NCBI RefSeq assembly: GCF_009914755.1 | Contig: NC_060938.1 | Source: the human T2T-CHM13v2.0 reference genome, Homo sapiens | Direction: 5' to 3' (one strand) | DNA: 64,000 nt | Made by a program: the position numbers and the translations under genes | Shown: positions 34,163 through 49,988 of the stretch, one piece after another | How positions within the stretch are numbered: position 1 is the first letter of the stretch | Layout of the letters: each line of letters begins with the position of its first letter | The notes under the pieces: generated by a model | Told to the model about the DNA's origin: nothing | Seen by the model: the letters and a program-made list of their open reading frames with translations, nothing else | The model's database searches: none

Positions 34163-34477
34163 GGGCTGGGTATGGTGGCTCACTCCCGTAATCCCAGCAC
34201 TCTGGGAGGCTGAGGTGGGCGAATCACCTGAGGTCAGGAGTTCGAGACCAGCCTGGCCAGCATGGCGAAAACCTGTCTCTACTAAAAATACAAAAATTAG
34301 TTGGGCATGATGGCGGGTGTCTGTGGTCCCAGCTACTTGGTAGGCTGAGGCAGGAGAACTGCTTGAATGCTTGAACCTGGGAGGTGGAGGTTGCAGTGAG
34401 CTGAGATCGCGCCACTGCACTCTGGCCTGAGCGACGGAGTAAGACTCTGCCTCAAAAAAAAAAAAAAAAAAAAAAAA
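34163..34477 (+). mobile_element. Alu inserted in a MIR (MIR continues to ~34700)
   Basis: TSD AAGAGTGAAGGCCC; MIR core follows. Confidence 0.93.
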
Positions 34478-36036
34478 GAGTGAAGGCCCTAGAACCGACA
34501 TGTAAGGGTTTAAATTCCAGCTCCGTCAGTTACCAGCTGTGTGGCCTTGGGCAAATACAGAAACTTTATTTGTTATAGTTTCCTAATTTTTACAATGGGG
34601 GATAATGGTAATCCAATGACATGATGTTGTTGTATAAATTAAATGAGTTAATAAATATGAAATGCTTCAAATAGTGCCTGACACACTGAGCACTCCAGTA
34701 ACAGTAACAGTTACTCTTAATACCTGCCCTAAGAAGTATTGGTGGGAACTATATTCAAGGACTATAAATCTTTTTAAGTTACTCAAAATCAAAACCCTTT
34801 GTAAATCATTTTACCCCTCCACATCCTCACTGTGAACGTAATAGCAATGTATGTTTAATTATATACTGACCATTCTCCATTGCAAGGATAAACAGCTTAA
34901 GAGGAATCTCCGTGAGCTCCTCCTGCACTAGACACAGCATATTTTCTAACTTAATCCTCACAACCACCTTAGGATATGGATATTATTATCTCTAATTTAT
35001 GATAAACTAAAACTATTGTTTAAGGTTAATTACCTTGTCTAAGCTCACATCTAGTAAGTGATTGACCTGGGCTGGGAACTGGGTTTTTGTGACCCCAGAG
35101 TCCATGAGACAGATTTTCAGGTGAATAAGATTCAAAGAATTAAAAAAATTTTGAAACCAGTTGTGTAGATCTTTATATCAGAAAAAAATTCCCAGCTCAG
35201 TTTCTGGTAGCTTAGAGGCAGCAATTTCTTGTGTTCATTTCTTGGGAAAGACGTGTCAAGTCAAGTTGGCTGTGGTCCCAGTTTCTACCGAGTTGTAGAA
35301 GCTATGTTGTTTTTTGAGCTAGATCAGCTGTGAGCATTTGACATTCTGAGACATAAAGTCAATATAGAAGAGAACCTCCCCTCTCACTGTTTATTCTCTG
35401 CTACGATTGTAAATGTCTCCCAGCTTTCTGCCATTTCCAAAGCATTTACTTTTGTTCAGAAAAAAAAAAAAATCCCAGAAATTAAAGGCCCAGACTAAAC
35501 AGCATTCATTTATTTAAAACATTACGTAGATATAACCTGTCACTTCACTTTGCTTAAAACCCACCAGTGGCTTCCTGCTACACTTGGAATAAGCCCAAAT
35601 ACTTCATCATGGTGCAGGGGTCCTTGCTCATTTTGCTGCCAAGCCTCCATCCCTACTTTTCTAGAAATAGCACTCAAATTGGATTCAGTGGCTGGAATTC
35701 TAAGTGGTGATGTCCTGCCCTCCCTCAGCTAAGAGGTAGACCCAGGATACAAGCAAAACCAGACACCATCTTTCTGGAATTAAATCTTGAGCAGTGAGAC
35801 AATAAAATGAGGATGAGCTGGAGCTTTTGCGCCCCCTTGGCAGTCTCTGATAAGACCCGATATTCATCAGTTCCTGCTACCTTGATCCCCAGAGCTGCCC
35901 TCGTTCCCATCTTTCTGAGCTGCCCCATGTCTTTCTCACATATTCCTTCTATGCCTTTAGGTCAGCCACAGTCAGGTTGGGTGTTTTTGTAGCCAAAGAT
36001 TCCTATCTGGCACACCTGCCTGGCAGGGCCTCCCTG

Positions 36037-36150
36037 CAGTGGTCCCTCAGTGTCTGCGGGGGCATTGGTTCCAGGACCTCCCTGAGATACTGAAATTCAC
36101 AGATACTCAAGTCCCTGATATAAAATGGTGTAGCATTTTCATATAACCTC
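36037..36150 (+). mobile_element. MER2 (TcMar-Tigger) 5' fragment
   Basis: CAGTGGTCCCTCAGT...TTGGTTCCAGGACC...CAAGTCCCTGATATAAAATGGTGTAG. Confidence 0.7.
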
Positions 36151-36559
36151 AGCAGGCTGGGCTCTCCACCCTCCTTCCTCTCACTGCATGCACCTCACCC
36201 TCACTAACTCTTTGACTTACTGGGCTTGTTCCCGCCTCAAGGCCTTTACCCCTTCCCTTGGTCTTGGCTTCTTCAACCCAAATATAACCCCTTCAGAGAG
36301 GTAATTGCTGACTTTTCCATATCTCTCTATCTCATAGCCTGTTGGATTTCCTGTGTTGTATTTATTAAGACTTAAAATGATTTTGATCTTTACTTATTAT
36401 TTCCCTATTTGAATATCAGCTCTAAGAACGTAGGGACCTTGTCTATTTTATTCACTGGTATTCCCAGTAATAGCATTGTTACAACAGCATTTATCACTTA
36501 ATAGGTGCTCATTAAATATTAATCGTATGAATGAGTGTGTTGTCTGTGGTACATCCTAT

Positions 36560-36830
36560 GTGTAGCAATCATATGTCATATAACCTACAGGTTAAGAGCC
36601 TGTGTCTTGGAGTCAGACTATTTGGGTTCAAACCCTGGCTGTCATACTTGTATACTGTGTGACTTTGGGCAAGTTGCTTAACCTCTTGTGCTTCAGTTTC
36701 TTCATTTCTAAAATGGTAATAATAAAAATGCATAAGTAAGATGAAGGGTAAGTAAGATGATTCACTAAAAGCCCTTGGTACATTGCCTGGAAAACAATAA
36801 GATTCAATATTTGGCAACTTACATTATTAG
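36560..36830 (+). mobile_element. MIR SINE, preceded by an L2 3' end at ~36300-36540
   Basis: GGAGTCAGAC...GGGTTCAAACCCTGGCT...TGTGTGACTTTGGGCAAGTTGCTTAACCTCT. Confidence 0.75.
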
Positions 36831-36832
36831 AG

Positions 36833-37145
36833 CACGGTTGTCTCTCCATATCCGTGAAGCCTTGGTTTCAGGACACCCCTGGGATACCAAAATTCACAGA
36901 TAGTTAAGTCTCTGATATAAAATGTTGTAGCATTTGCATGTAACATATGCAAATCCTCCTATATACTTTAAATCTCTAGATTACTTATAATACCTAATGC
37001 AATGTAAATGCTTTGTAAATAGTTGTTATGCTGTATTCCTTTTATTTGTATTATTTTTCTTGTTTTTTTAATTTCCTTCCCAGCATTTTCAACCCAAGCT
37101 TGTTTCAATGCACCCATGTGGAACCTGCGGATATGATGAGTGATT
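36833..37145 (+). mobile_element. MER2 (TcMar-Tigger), near full length
   Basis: GATACCAAAATTCACAGAT...TCTCTAGATTACTTATAATACCTAATGCAATGTAAATGCT...GAACCTGCGGATATG. Confidence 0.8.
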
Positions 37146-37194
37146 GGATTTCTCAATTGTAAGAAGTTCTAGTTAGAGATTGTATGATGCACTA

Positions 37195-37585
<391 letters not shown>

Positions 37586-38267
37586 CTACTTACAATAGCA
37601 TGCATTATCTGCCACAATACATGCTACTTTGCTCTTCAGACTAACAAACACAATTCGGTCCCCAAGTACCTCTGTATCAAGCAGGGCCACTGGCAGTTAT
37701 ACGTAATGTAATGATTACCCTTGCACGAGATCTGGACCTTGCTAGCATATTTGTGAGGCTGCAGAATAATTTAAAGAATGCAGTGGGATTATGTGTGTGT
37801 TTTTTTCTTTCTTTCTTTTCTTTTTTTTTTTTTTTTTGCATTTCTCTTTTGGCTATTTTGTTTGTATTGCTACTGTTAACTGAATTATAAATAATAGGAA
37901 ATAAAGAGCTTCTGGGAAGTAGCTGGAAGCTTTTGACAGATTTAGACATCTGAATGATAGCTCTTCACATATCAGTTGGTCCCAAAAACTTTTCCTAGAT
38001 TTCAAAAATTTGTGATTTGTTCTCAGCATCTTGACAATTTTATTAATTATATTATCCAGTGTATGACTATTTCAATTGTATATTATCCAGTGAATGATTA
38101 TTAATTTTATGCATGTACAATATATTTTTTCATTTCTATACTGCATTATAATGGGATCTTTTAAAAGACCTTTTAAGTGATAATTAAGATGTGAATTTAA
38201 GTTTATCAACTTTCAAAGGAAATAACAAGTAACAGAATGATGAAATTGTTAGCTGGTGTAATGCCTC

Positions 38268-39118
<851 letters not shown>

Positions 39119-39159
39119 AAGATGATGCCCCCCATCTTATTGTTTTTCCAAATGTGTAG

Positions 39160-40007
<848 letters not shown>

Positions 40008-40087
40008 TAAAGAGTTTCTTTTGACATGTGTTGTAAGATGTGTCTTGATTTGAGAGATGTTAAGGTGTAAAAAACAAAACAAAAAAA

Positions 40088-40390
40088 CCAGCTGGGTCTG
40101 GTGGTTCACGCCTTTAATCCCAGCATTTTGGAAGCCCGAGGCAGGAAGATCCCTTGAGACCAGGAGTTCAAGACCAGACTGGGCAACATAGCAAGATTCC
40201 ATCCCTACAAAAAATTTTAAAATTAGCCAGTAGTGGTGGTATGTGCCTGTAGTCCCAGCTGCTCAAGAGGCTGAGTCAGGAGGATCCCTTGAGCCCAGAA
40301 GTTTGAGGCTGCAGTGAACTATGATCATGCCACTGCGTGCCAACCTGAGTGACAATGTGAGACCTTGTCTCTCAAAACAGAAACACAAAA
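40088..40390 (+). mobile_element. AluJ
   Basis: GGATCCCTTGAGCCCAGAAGTTTGAGGCTGCAGTGAACTATGATC. Confidence 0.92.
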
Positions 40391-40775
40391 CACAACCCTT
40401 GCATCTGAGAAATAAGAAAATTGTAATTGCTATTATTAGTCTAGCCCTAGAAGGATTCAGACCATGAAAAATATCATATTGGGTCAGATCAATTTTGTGG
40501 GACAACTGATGTTCCTTAGTTGTTCTCCTTTTACAGTGTCTTTGACATTGTTTACTAGGAGTGCACCCCATGTATTATAAAGCTTCCTTTGGTTACTGCC
40601 AGACACCTGGCAAGAGCTTAGAAATGAAGCTTGATGCATAAAGGAAAAAAAAAAGGAAAAAAGGGAAACAAAACAAAAAGCATGGTGTGTGATGCGTGTG
40701 AATCTCCTGGTCACTGGGTGCACCCTTGTATCCTGTACTCTTTTGGGCCCCTGATTTCACATCCCAACTCCCCTT

Positions 40776-40996
<221 letters not shown>

Positions 40997-42229
40997 TAGA
41001 CTCAGTGTTTCATCTGATTCCTTGGGATTCTCGCTTTCCCCATCCCTAAGGCAAGGAGAGCAGATGCTCAGATTCTCTTAATATCAAAGCAAAGTGTCCC
41101 CTTAGCTAGGATGATAGCTAGCTTAGCCTCAGCATATGTGTTAATTCTTGGTCTGACTTGAAATCTTGAAGATGTGGAATTTGATAGTGGCATGGAGGTT
41201 TGGCTGGACCTCAGAAATTTTAAAGACTGAGTGATTTCTTTCCTATAAAGAAATTTGTGGTTTTCTGCTGGTGTATCAGGTCTTAATACAACACTACACC
41301 TAGATAAAGTTTGCGTATTCTGCAAAGCCTGTTATTTCTGCCAAAATGCCAATGATAAAATCAACCTCTTGAGAAGCTACAATTAACCTTCACCTAGTCA
41401 TCATTTCAAGCCTGCCCAACCAATAAGCCTGCAGACATATTTCTTCACATCTGAGAGAAACAGTGCCCACCAGGCAATTAGGAAAATACGTTGAGATCCC
41501 ATATGAAAATCAGCATTACGGCAGGAACAATTAGGATCCTCATTTACTGCAGGTGATTTGCTCATTTTAAACTAATTAAACTACTAGGTTGAAAACACAG
41601 TTCAGAAACAGAGTGTAGAGTAGTTCATATTTAATACCTCCATCTTTCCTTAAAAATTGTTTGTTAAATGGAAGCCTAACAATAAATCAAAAAGTCAATA
41701 AATCTTTGCTACTAGAAGTGGGTTTAGATAAGATAAAGATGGTTCCATTTAATTAGGGAAGAAAACAGATGGCTGTGATGTATGAACAAGGATAATACAG
41801 GAGGGTTTAGAACATAAAATATAAGTTGGAGAGGAGCTTTAGAAAATTGAGAAGCTTATTACATCTGGACAGGTTTGGGGAAATAGGAGCAGACTATTAT
41901 GAGTAATTTGAGGGAGGCTGGAAGGAGAGAACTCATGAGACTCAGGGTCCAGTCCAACATGGCCCCACAGTGACCGCATGACAGCACAGCCCTGGCAAAG
42001 GGTGGCATCCTGCCTGATGGGGCCTGAGACAGCACTCCTGCACTGTCCATGTACTTTGCTTCCTGCTGAGTGATCCTTGAGTGTTGTCACGGAATTTTTT
42101 TTGTATTAAGATATAATTTACATGCCATGTAATTCACCTTCTTGAAGTATATATTTCAGTGGTTTTTAGTATATTCGCAAGATTATGCAACCACCACCAC
42201 TATCTAATTCTGTACTGGAAATTTGATAA

Positions 42230-42587
<358 letters not shown>

Positions 42588-43266
42588 ACCACACATCTAT
42601 TTCTGTAGTTTTTCTTAGCACAGCCATGGTAGGGTGAAGAAGTAACAAACTGAAAGGCCCAGACTGAGGTTTCTGTACATCTATTTAGGTGCTTTTGTTG
42701 TTCACTCATATTCAGTGCTCCAAATTCTGTGTTTATCCAAAAAATTGGTTCTTCAGATAAACACAACATTTAGGTCGCCTCAGTTGTATGTGATGTATTA
42801 TGTCAGATCCACGCTTCCCTAAACATCAGCCTTAGTGGAAATAGCTAGCACATATTTTGAGAAATACATACAGGTGTCTTTAGTGTGTTCACATAAATCA
42901 TAAGGTAGTGTGACCAGAGAATTTGTTTGTTTATTATAGTTCCATTGATTCATAATCAGAAATCTGGATTCAATAGCAAGCCCTCCTTTCTTCTCAGTGA
43001 GTTGAATAGATAGGCAAAAGATTAATGCCTACAGCAGAGGGAGGAATAAAGGGACCTCATTTCTAGAAAATAAAATGATTTCTTGCAAATCACTTATTCA
43101 CTCCTATAAGGAAATATGAGGAATTACAAGTTCCATTAACTTCAGTACCACGAGAAGAGTAAAACATAAGCAATGCGTTCCATTAGGTAGTAAACAGAAG
43201 AGCAGAAAACCAGAACAGAGATGGGACCAACAGAGGAGGAAGAAAAAAGTAACATGGTAGTGGAAA

Positions 43267-44836
43267 TGATGGCACCAGCGGCCCATCTGGAGCCACTGCT
43301 GCAAAGACTCTGGCTGCAGGGGGCAAGGTGAGCCTGGGGCTGTCTGCTCAACGGAGCCAGTAGGGGCCGGGAACAGGCGAGAGCCCTGCTCCCTACTGAG
43401 TTGGCAGGGCCAAAGCCCCAAAATCCCAGGCGCAGCTGCGGCAGCCCAGCCATAACTCTGGACTTGGGCATCCCTGCGCTCTTGGGGGCCTGGGAAGCTC
43501 CCCTCCCCCCGTAGGCTCAGAAGTACCTGCTCCCGCTCCTTGGCCTCTCCCTGCTCCTGGTGCCCCCTCCAGGGTGGAGCAAAGTTGTGGTCAAGCCTGG
43601 GCGCTGTCGGAAACCCCCCAGGTGTGTGTGTGCTTGGGACAGCACTGTCACACCAGCCTTCTGCCACCTCAGCCCCCTCTGGACTTTGGGTGCTGATGAG
43701 CATGGGAGGGAGGCCGAGGTGGAGCCGAAGATAGCCCAGTGCAGGCCTGCAGGCACCCCTCAGCACAAACATCCTCGGTACTGTGGAAGGCATGTTGATG
43801 GTGGCAGGAGGAAGTCATGCTCCTGGACAGAAAAGGGCAGGTCCCTGGTGAAACCCCTACCTTCAAGCCAGGGATGGCCTGAAGCCTGGGGGCCAGGCTG
43901 CCAGTTCTGGGGTGAGTCCGTGGCCCAGAGTGAGAACTGATGATGCTGTTTCCAGGCCCATCCATGCCTGCCTATGGATCATTCAGTACACACTTCCTTC
44001 CTTCTGAGCCCATGAAAACCCTGTGCTCAGCCAGACGTCGACACTACCAGCTGCAGGAAGGAGTTACCCACTCTGGGTCTCCTCTCTGCTGGGGTCTGCA
44101 CAGACATCAAGGTGACCTGTCTGTGGAGGGAGCTACCCACTTCAGGTCTCCTGAGAGCTGTTCTGTCACTCAATGAAGCTCCTCTCTGCCTTGCTCACCC
44201 TCCAGTTGTGCAGGTACCTCACTCTTCCTGGATACAGGACAAGAACTTGGGACCTGCTGAATGGTGGGACTGAAAGAGCTGTAACACAAACAGGGCTGAA
44301 ACCCTCAGCCACCACCCTCAGCTCACCATGTTGCAGGTGATGAGAAGGAGAGAAGAGCTGTGGCCCTTCTGGGAGCCCATACCTAGGGGCTCCTGGAGCC
44401 AGGGCTGTGACACCCTCTTTGGGGCTCTGTGGTTCCTGGTATCTCCAAGCTTCCGGGTGCCACCACATACCCTTCAGCCAGATGCATGTTCCTGTAGTGG
44501 AAGCTGTGTGCAGTACATCTGGTCCAGCCATAGCCTCTTACAGAGCCAACAACTTTGCTGGTGCCTGGAGCTGCCTGCCCTGCCACAGCAGCTGGCCTGC
44601 CTGGCTGTGTGCAGTGGCCAGACCCAGAGCTCACTTGCCCACACACCCCTTGCCACTCCACACCTGACTCACCCTTAGCAGGTGTGGGATCCAGGCTGGT
44701 AGTGTGAGCCGAGTGCAGCCTGCCAGGCCGAGTGGGCAGAATGAGCCCAGTAGGTGCAGGCAGTACTCAGGCAGAAGGCGCTGCCAGCCACAGAGGTTTT
44801 TGGCTGGAGAAGTGACACCCCAAGGATCCCGTGACA
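43267..44836 (+). mobile_element. MER52-family (ERV1) solo LTR, 1.57 kb
   Basis: TGATGGCACCAGCGGCCCATCTGGAGCC...GACACCCCAAGGATCCCGTGACA with TG...CA ends; 4-bp TSD GAAA at 43263-43266 and 44837-44840. Confidence 0.88.
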
Positions 44837-45140
44837 GAAAGAGGAATGTGTAGAAACTGGAATCAACGGAGAGCAGCAGCAGCTACCAACTGTGTACTAT
44901 TCCACTCTGTGAGGTTATAACTCAGACCATATATTTGTAGGTAATGTTTTTCCTTTAATCAAGAAACAAAGTGTTTTTTTAGTGGCTAACAACAATGTTA
45001 GGTAGATGAATAATGTTGTAATTATTGTTTTGCCATTCAAAGAAATGTTAAAGGAGCTAGGTTTGAAAAAGTCAGTGACACTCTGTTTTGCAGTACTATA
45101 AAATTGCAAGCCAAATGTGTGGCTTTTTAAAAATAAAGTA

Positions 45141-45429
45141 GGCCAGGCTCACGCCTGTAATCCCAGCACTTTGGGAGGCCGAGACGGGTGGATCACAAGG
45201 TCAAGAGATCAAGACCATCCTGGCCAACATGGTGAAACCCCGTCTCTAATAAAAATACAAAAAAATTAGCTGGGCGTGGTGGTGTGTGCCTGTAGTCCCA
45301 GCTACCCGGGAGGCTGAGGCAGGAGAATTGCTTGAACCCAGGAGGGGAGATTGCACTGGGCCAACATTGCGCCACTGCACTCCAGCCTGGTGACAGAGTG
45401 AGATTCCGTCTAAAAAAAAAAAAAAAAAA
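45141..45429 (+). mobile_element. Alu (Sc-like) with small deletions
   Basis: Alu consensus with A tail. Confidence 0.93.
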
Positions 45430-45674
45430 CAGAAGTAAATCCCCAATACTTGGAAGCAGACCCCAGACATCTCCACTGGACATTTCACATCAGGTTAAAT
45501 TTCATATGAGTAAAACCAAAAGGCAGTGCCACATGCCCAAGGAAACAGGGGAAAGAACACATGCTCTCCAGAGCTCTGGGGGCCTTTCCAATGAGATCTT
45601 CCTGAAGAAACATCGCTCTGACAAAGGTGAATTGTCATCCGCAATAGATAAAAACTAAGAAATTCTAGAGACAT

Positions 45675-45701
45675 TTTATTCTCTCATAAAAATCATTTAT
45701 T
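45675..45701 (-). terminator. TRIM9 tandem polyadenylation signals (AATAAA at 45696-45701 and 45675-45680)
   Basis: Two plus-strand TTTATT 21 nt apart, with T-rich sequence downstream on the minus strand. Confidence 0.65.
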
Positions 45702-46799
45702 GGCACATCAGAAATGACAATTTTTTCTAGTATAGTAGTTGTATGCATCTGTAATTGCAATTCAGTGTAAACTACATGTTACAAGTCACTAGAAATCTAA
45801 TTAGCAGGATGAATTTAATAAAGAACAAGAGGAACTATGAGTCTACCACGGCCCAGCCATTGAGTCTCATTGGAGAGTAAATCAAATATCAAACTAGTGT
45901 TGCCCTGCAACAGTTTTTCTGTAGCCAAGAAAAACCAAGACACACATAAACAGGATAGCACCCATTCCATAAATTAGGTACACTTAACTAGAAAAAGATT
46001 GTAACTGATAGAAATAATCTAAATAAAGTAAGCACAAAAGTAAATAATTAGCTATTTACATATATTCCTTTTTGCCAAAACTTTAATTTGTTAGCTTTCC
46101 CATCCTATCTCTTCCCTTCTATTTGTTATTCTTGTTTTTTCATGGTGAATTTCTTGGCTCACTGAAAAATATTTAGACAACTAATTAGAACTTCTTTCCG
46201 GGTCCTACCTTTCCTAAAACTTTATGACAAACTAATGAATTTCAAGGGTAACCTATGTAAGTCTATCTCTATATAGAAGTAAGATGCATTATTATTCTGC
46301 TATCAGTCATAGTAATGACATACAGTCCCATGTTTTTCCAAACATTGTTTGGACTACTCCAGAAAATTAGGCTGTGAATGGCAGCAGAGTGGATGGATTT
46401 TTCATTCATAACAGGCACAGATAGTATATATGGAGACAAGCATGTTTATCCTGAGAATGTGAATGCTGTGGACTGCAACTCAAGATCTCCCATTACTGAG
46501 AATGGGTCCTTTGCCCTCTGGTCACTCTTTTTTTTTTCAACTGTCAATTTTTAAGGCGTGGTATCATAGCAGCATCAGCAAATAAGAATGCTGACATCAT
46601 TTCTACCAAGAAGGGCTCTGTGATGAGTGGCAGCAGGTACCATAATTAAATAGTGCAGCTGAAAAGGCATTGAGTTGGTACATTTCTGGTGCTATGGCCA
46701 GAATGTGTGGATTTTTAGCATCATTCTAGGAAGCCTGAAAGATCTTGCCCATGAGTCTCTTTGACCCTTGCCCATTTCCTTTCTAGTACATATGACCAT

Positions 46800-46975
46800 T
46801 TATAATTATTTTATTTTTGCTTTTTCTCCTACTGGAATATAAGCTCCGAAGGGCAGAGACCATGCCTGTCTGTTCACCACTGTGTCCCCACAGTGTCTAG
46901 AACATAATGTTCTAGTGTCTTGAACAGTGCCTGGTCAATAGTAGGTTCTCAATTAAAAGCTTTTATTAAATAAAC
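46800..46975 (+). mobile_element. L2 3' fragment inside the TRIM9 3'UTR
   Basis: TAAGCTCC...GGGCAGAGACCATG...TGTTCACCACTGTGTCCCCA...AACAGTGCCTGGTCAATAGTAGG. Confidence 0.75.
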
Positions 46976-47703
46976 GAACCAAATCATTAAGTCCCCTGGT
47001 TTGCCTGTGTCTTAGAGACTTTCCAATTTTATACAGTGGCCAGGGTTCTGGCCTATCCTAATTATAGAGCCATCCTAACGATCCTACCCTGATGTGAACC
47101 TGTGTAGCGGATATTTTTGTGCTTCAATGAGTAGTAAAACTTCTCAGTGATAGATTCATTCTCCCAAAGCTTAGCTCTGCAGAGCTAACGCTACAGGAGA
47201 GGTAAGAGGGTAAGAACATTCTAGCAGGTAAGCTGTATGCTACAAATTCAGCTCATTCTTCCCTACCTCCCCCTACAACCTCATTGTTTGACAGAAAGCT
47301 TAAGAAAAAAAGTTAGCAGGAGAATTTTCTCCTGGCGGTGCCAGTCCAGTAAGTCACCAATAACCTGATCAGAAAAGAAAGAAAATATAACTCACCTACA
47401 TAAAAAATTAAGTTAAATAAAAGCAAAATCTGGGAGTGGGAACCAAGTGACTTGGTGGGCTGTCTAGGTCCTTTGTTGGTTAGAATTGTTGGACATGGAA
47501 GCGGAAGCAGGCATGACAGCGGAGGAGAGGTTGAAAGGGAAAAGGGCAGAGCTGTGGGTGTAAAGACTGCAGAGGACCAGCTTTTCTCTCCTCCTTCTCC
47601 CACTCCTGCCAACTCTGCACCCCACCACGGCTGGCTGAGCTCCTTGCTGTGGCTCTCGCAGGCGGAGGTAAGAACAGGCAGCTGGCGCCTCCACGGCACA
47701 TCC

Positions 47704-47766
47704 TTAGGCTATTGATGCTCTGCTGGAGTAGAAGTCGGGGACTGGGAGCCCGGTGTGCAGCGTGAC
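47704..47766 (-). CDS. TRIM9: TRIM9 last coding exon
   Basis: CCCCAG|GTCACG... encodes VTLHTGLPVPDFYSSRASIA followed by TAA. Confidence 0.93.
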   Translation of the reverse strand, partial: VTLHTGLPVPDFYSSRASIA

Positions 47767-48799
47767 CTGGGGAATGAGACTGTGAGTCCTGAGAGGCATC
47801 GTGCATCCCCCTGTCCCTTTACACAGTGTACCGTGGGTGTGTCCCTAACTCAAAAAGTGTTCTGTTTGCTTCGCTTTAAACATCTAGGCTAGCAGGCATT
47901 AAACGGAATTCAAGAAGAATCCTGCCTATGGTAACAGGCTGCTCACCATGGTGGGCTCTCAAATCCTGGTGACATTTGATTATATGGTTCTTAGTCACCT
48001 GCCTCTTTTAAAGGATTCCGGGGAGATTGTGTTCCTTATAACTGAAGACACAGGCCTTGGTTTTCAGATAGAGGAGCCTACTGGCCACACCACAGTGACC
48101 ACTGCCAAATCCATGGATAGAGGACAGATTCGCAGAGACAGCACTTCCCTTATTACTTGTCCACTAGTTATTGTAATTAGGGCAAACATTTCTTTCTGGG
48201 GTCGCATAGATGATTGCCAGTTGTGAAAAAACATGGCATTATACTATTTTACCAATTTCCGTGTATCCCCAAACCTCAATGGATAGCTATGGATAAAACT
48301 AGAACCATTTCATGCAGTTCTTATCCCTGTCTTCTCCAGCCCAAGAGTCTTTATCAATAGATAATCAGAAGGTCCTGAAAACCCCTGAAGAGCATCTAGT
48401 ATAATATTCTTTGAAAGGGAAATGGCTAATGTGAAAAACCTTGAATGGGGTTTTTCTGAGACTCGCTTCTAGGGTAATTTATGGTTTTCTTTCTTAAAGT
48501 GTAGAGGCTGAACTCTGAAAGATTAGATTCCAGCCTTCTAGAAAACCCCATCTCCTTGCAGGGAGAAGGGCAGGGGCTGCTAGTTTGCAATCAATGTTAC
48601 TGCACATACTGAAACACAACAATGAATTTTGATAAATAGTTTCCAAGGCTGGTTCTGGATAGGGCAAAAGTCACCTGTAATTCTCAAGCCTTATCTCAAG
48701 ACAACCATTTGTGGAATGAGGCTCATAGTTGTTAATGAGATGCCCAGCTCAGGAGGGAAGTGAAACCCTAAGTCCTGACAGCGGCTGGCAGGGCACAGC

Positions 48800-49270
48800 T
48801 CTTCCCCCATGCATGGCTCTGGTCCCCCTTCCAGGCCCCAGCCCAAGAGTCTCTCCACCATTCCTTGCCCATGCAAGGCCCCTCATGCCTTAGAAACTGT
48901 GCACAGGCTGTTCCCTCTGTCTGGAAGGCTCCACGCAACTCACTCCCTCACTCCTTTAAGGCTCAGCTCACCGGTAACTGCGATAAGCCCTACCTACGCA
49001 ATACTGTGGCTGCCCTTCCCAACCACACCACTCATGGGCCCTTGGTCTTTTCTCCACTGCACTAAACACCTTCTGACACACCATCTGATTAACATTGTAA
49101 TTATGCTTATTATTTATTGTCTGTCTCCTATCACTAAGATGTAAGTTCTATGAAGGCAAGATTTTTATCTGTTTTTTTGTTTTTTTTTTTCACTGATGTA
49201 TCCCAGACACTTATAACTGTGCCTGGCACATTAAAGGCATTCTATAGATATTTGCTGAATGAATAAATGA
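48800..49270 (+). mobile_element. L2 3' fragment
   Basis: GCTGTTCCCTCTGTCTGGAA...GTGCCTGGCACAT...ATTTGCTGAATGAATAAATGA. Confidence 0.75.
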
Positions 49271-49706
49271 GAAGCTGTTGTTTTATTCTATAATAAATAA
49301 TAATTGACTAAGTTGTAGGTAGGGACTATGTTTTCTACCCCTTAGGACCTAACAGAGCCAAACAAGAGTGCAGAGAAGATGCTCAGATTTTCTGATAATG
49401 ATACTAATGCTTCAGTCTTACACCCTCACCTCTTCTCAGGCACTCCTGAGCTTTGTTAAGTCATTCTATTTGTTTTCATGCCAGTTGGTTAAAGGCTTTC
49501 GTTTCTATTTAGAGGTGAAACTAGAGCTACAGAGATGATCATTAGCCAACCATGAAGAGAATTCTAGTTTCCTATGTGCTATTAACTAGTCTGCGTCCAA
49601 GTATAAAGAAGGTGCTTATGCTTGGCGTGGAATAAAATAAGTTGCCAGTGCTGATCCCTTTCTCTCCTCCTCTCCTTCATATCTTGGTCTGGGCCTTACG
49701 CTGTCA

Positions 49707-49988
<282 letters not shown>

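Larger units (their letters stand above)
45675..47703 (-). other. TRIM9: TRIM9 3'UTR (~2 kb); end inferred
   Basis: Runs from the stop codon to tandem AATAAA signals; mostly free of young repeats. Confidence 0.7.

Noticed and set aside
38045-38104. ~31-bp tandem duplication (TATATTATCCAGTG...)
   Set aside because: Ordinary slippage duplication with no functional cue.
43104-44866. Cluster of ORFs up to 229 aa
   Set aside because: They lie largely within the GC-rich MER52 LTR and show no gag/pol/env motifs.
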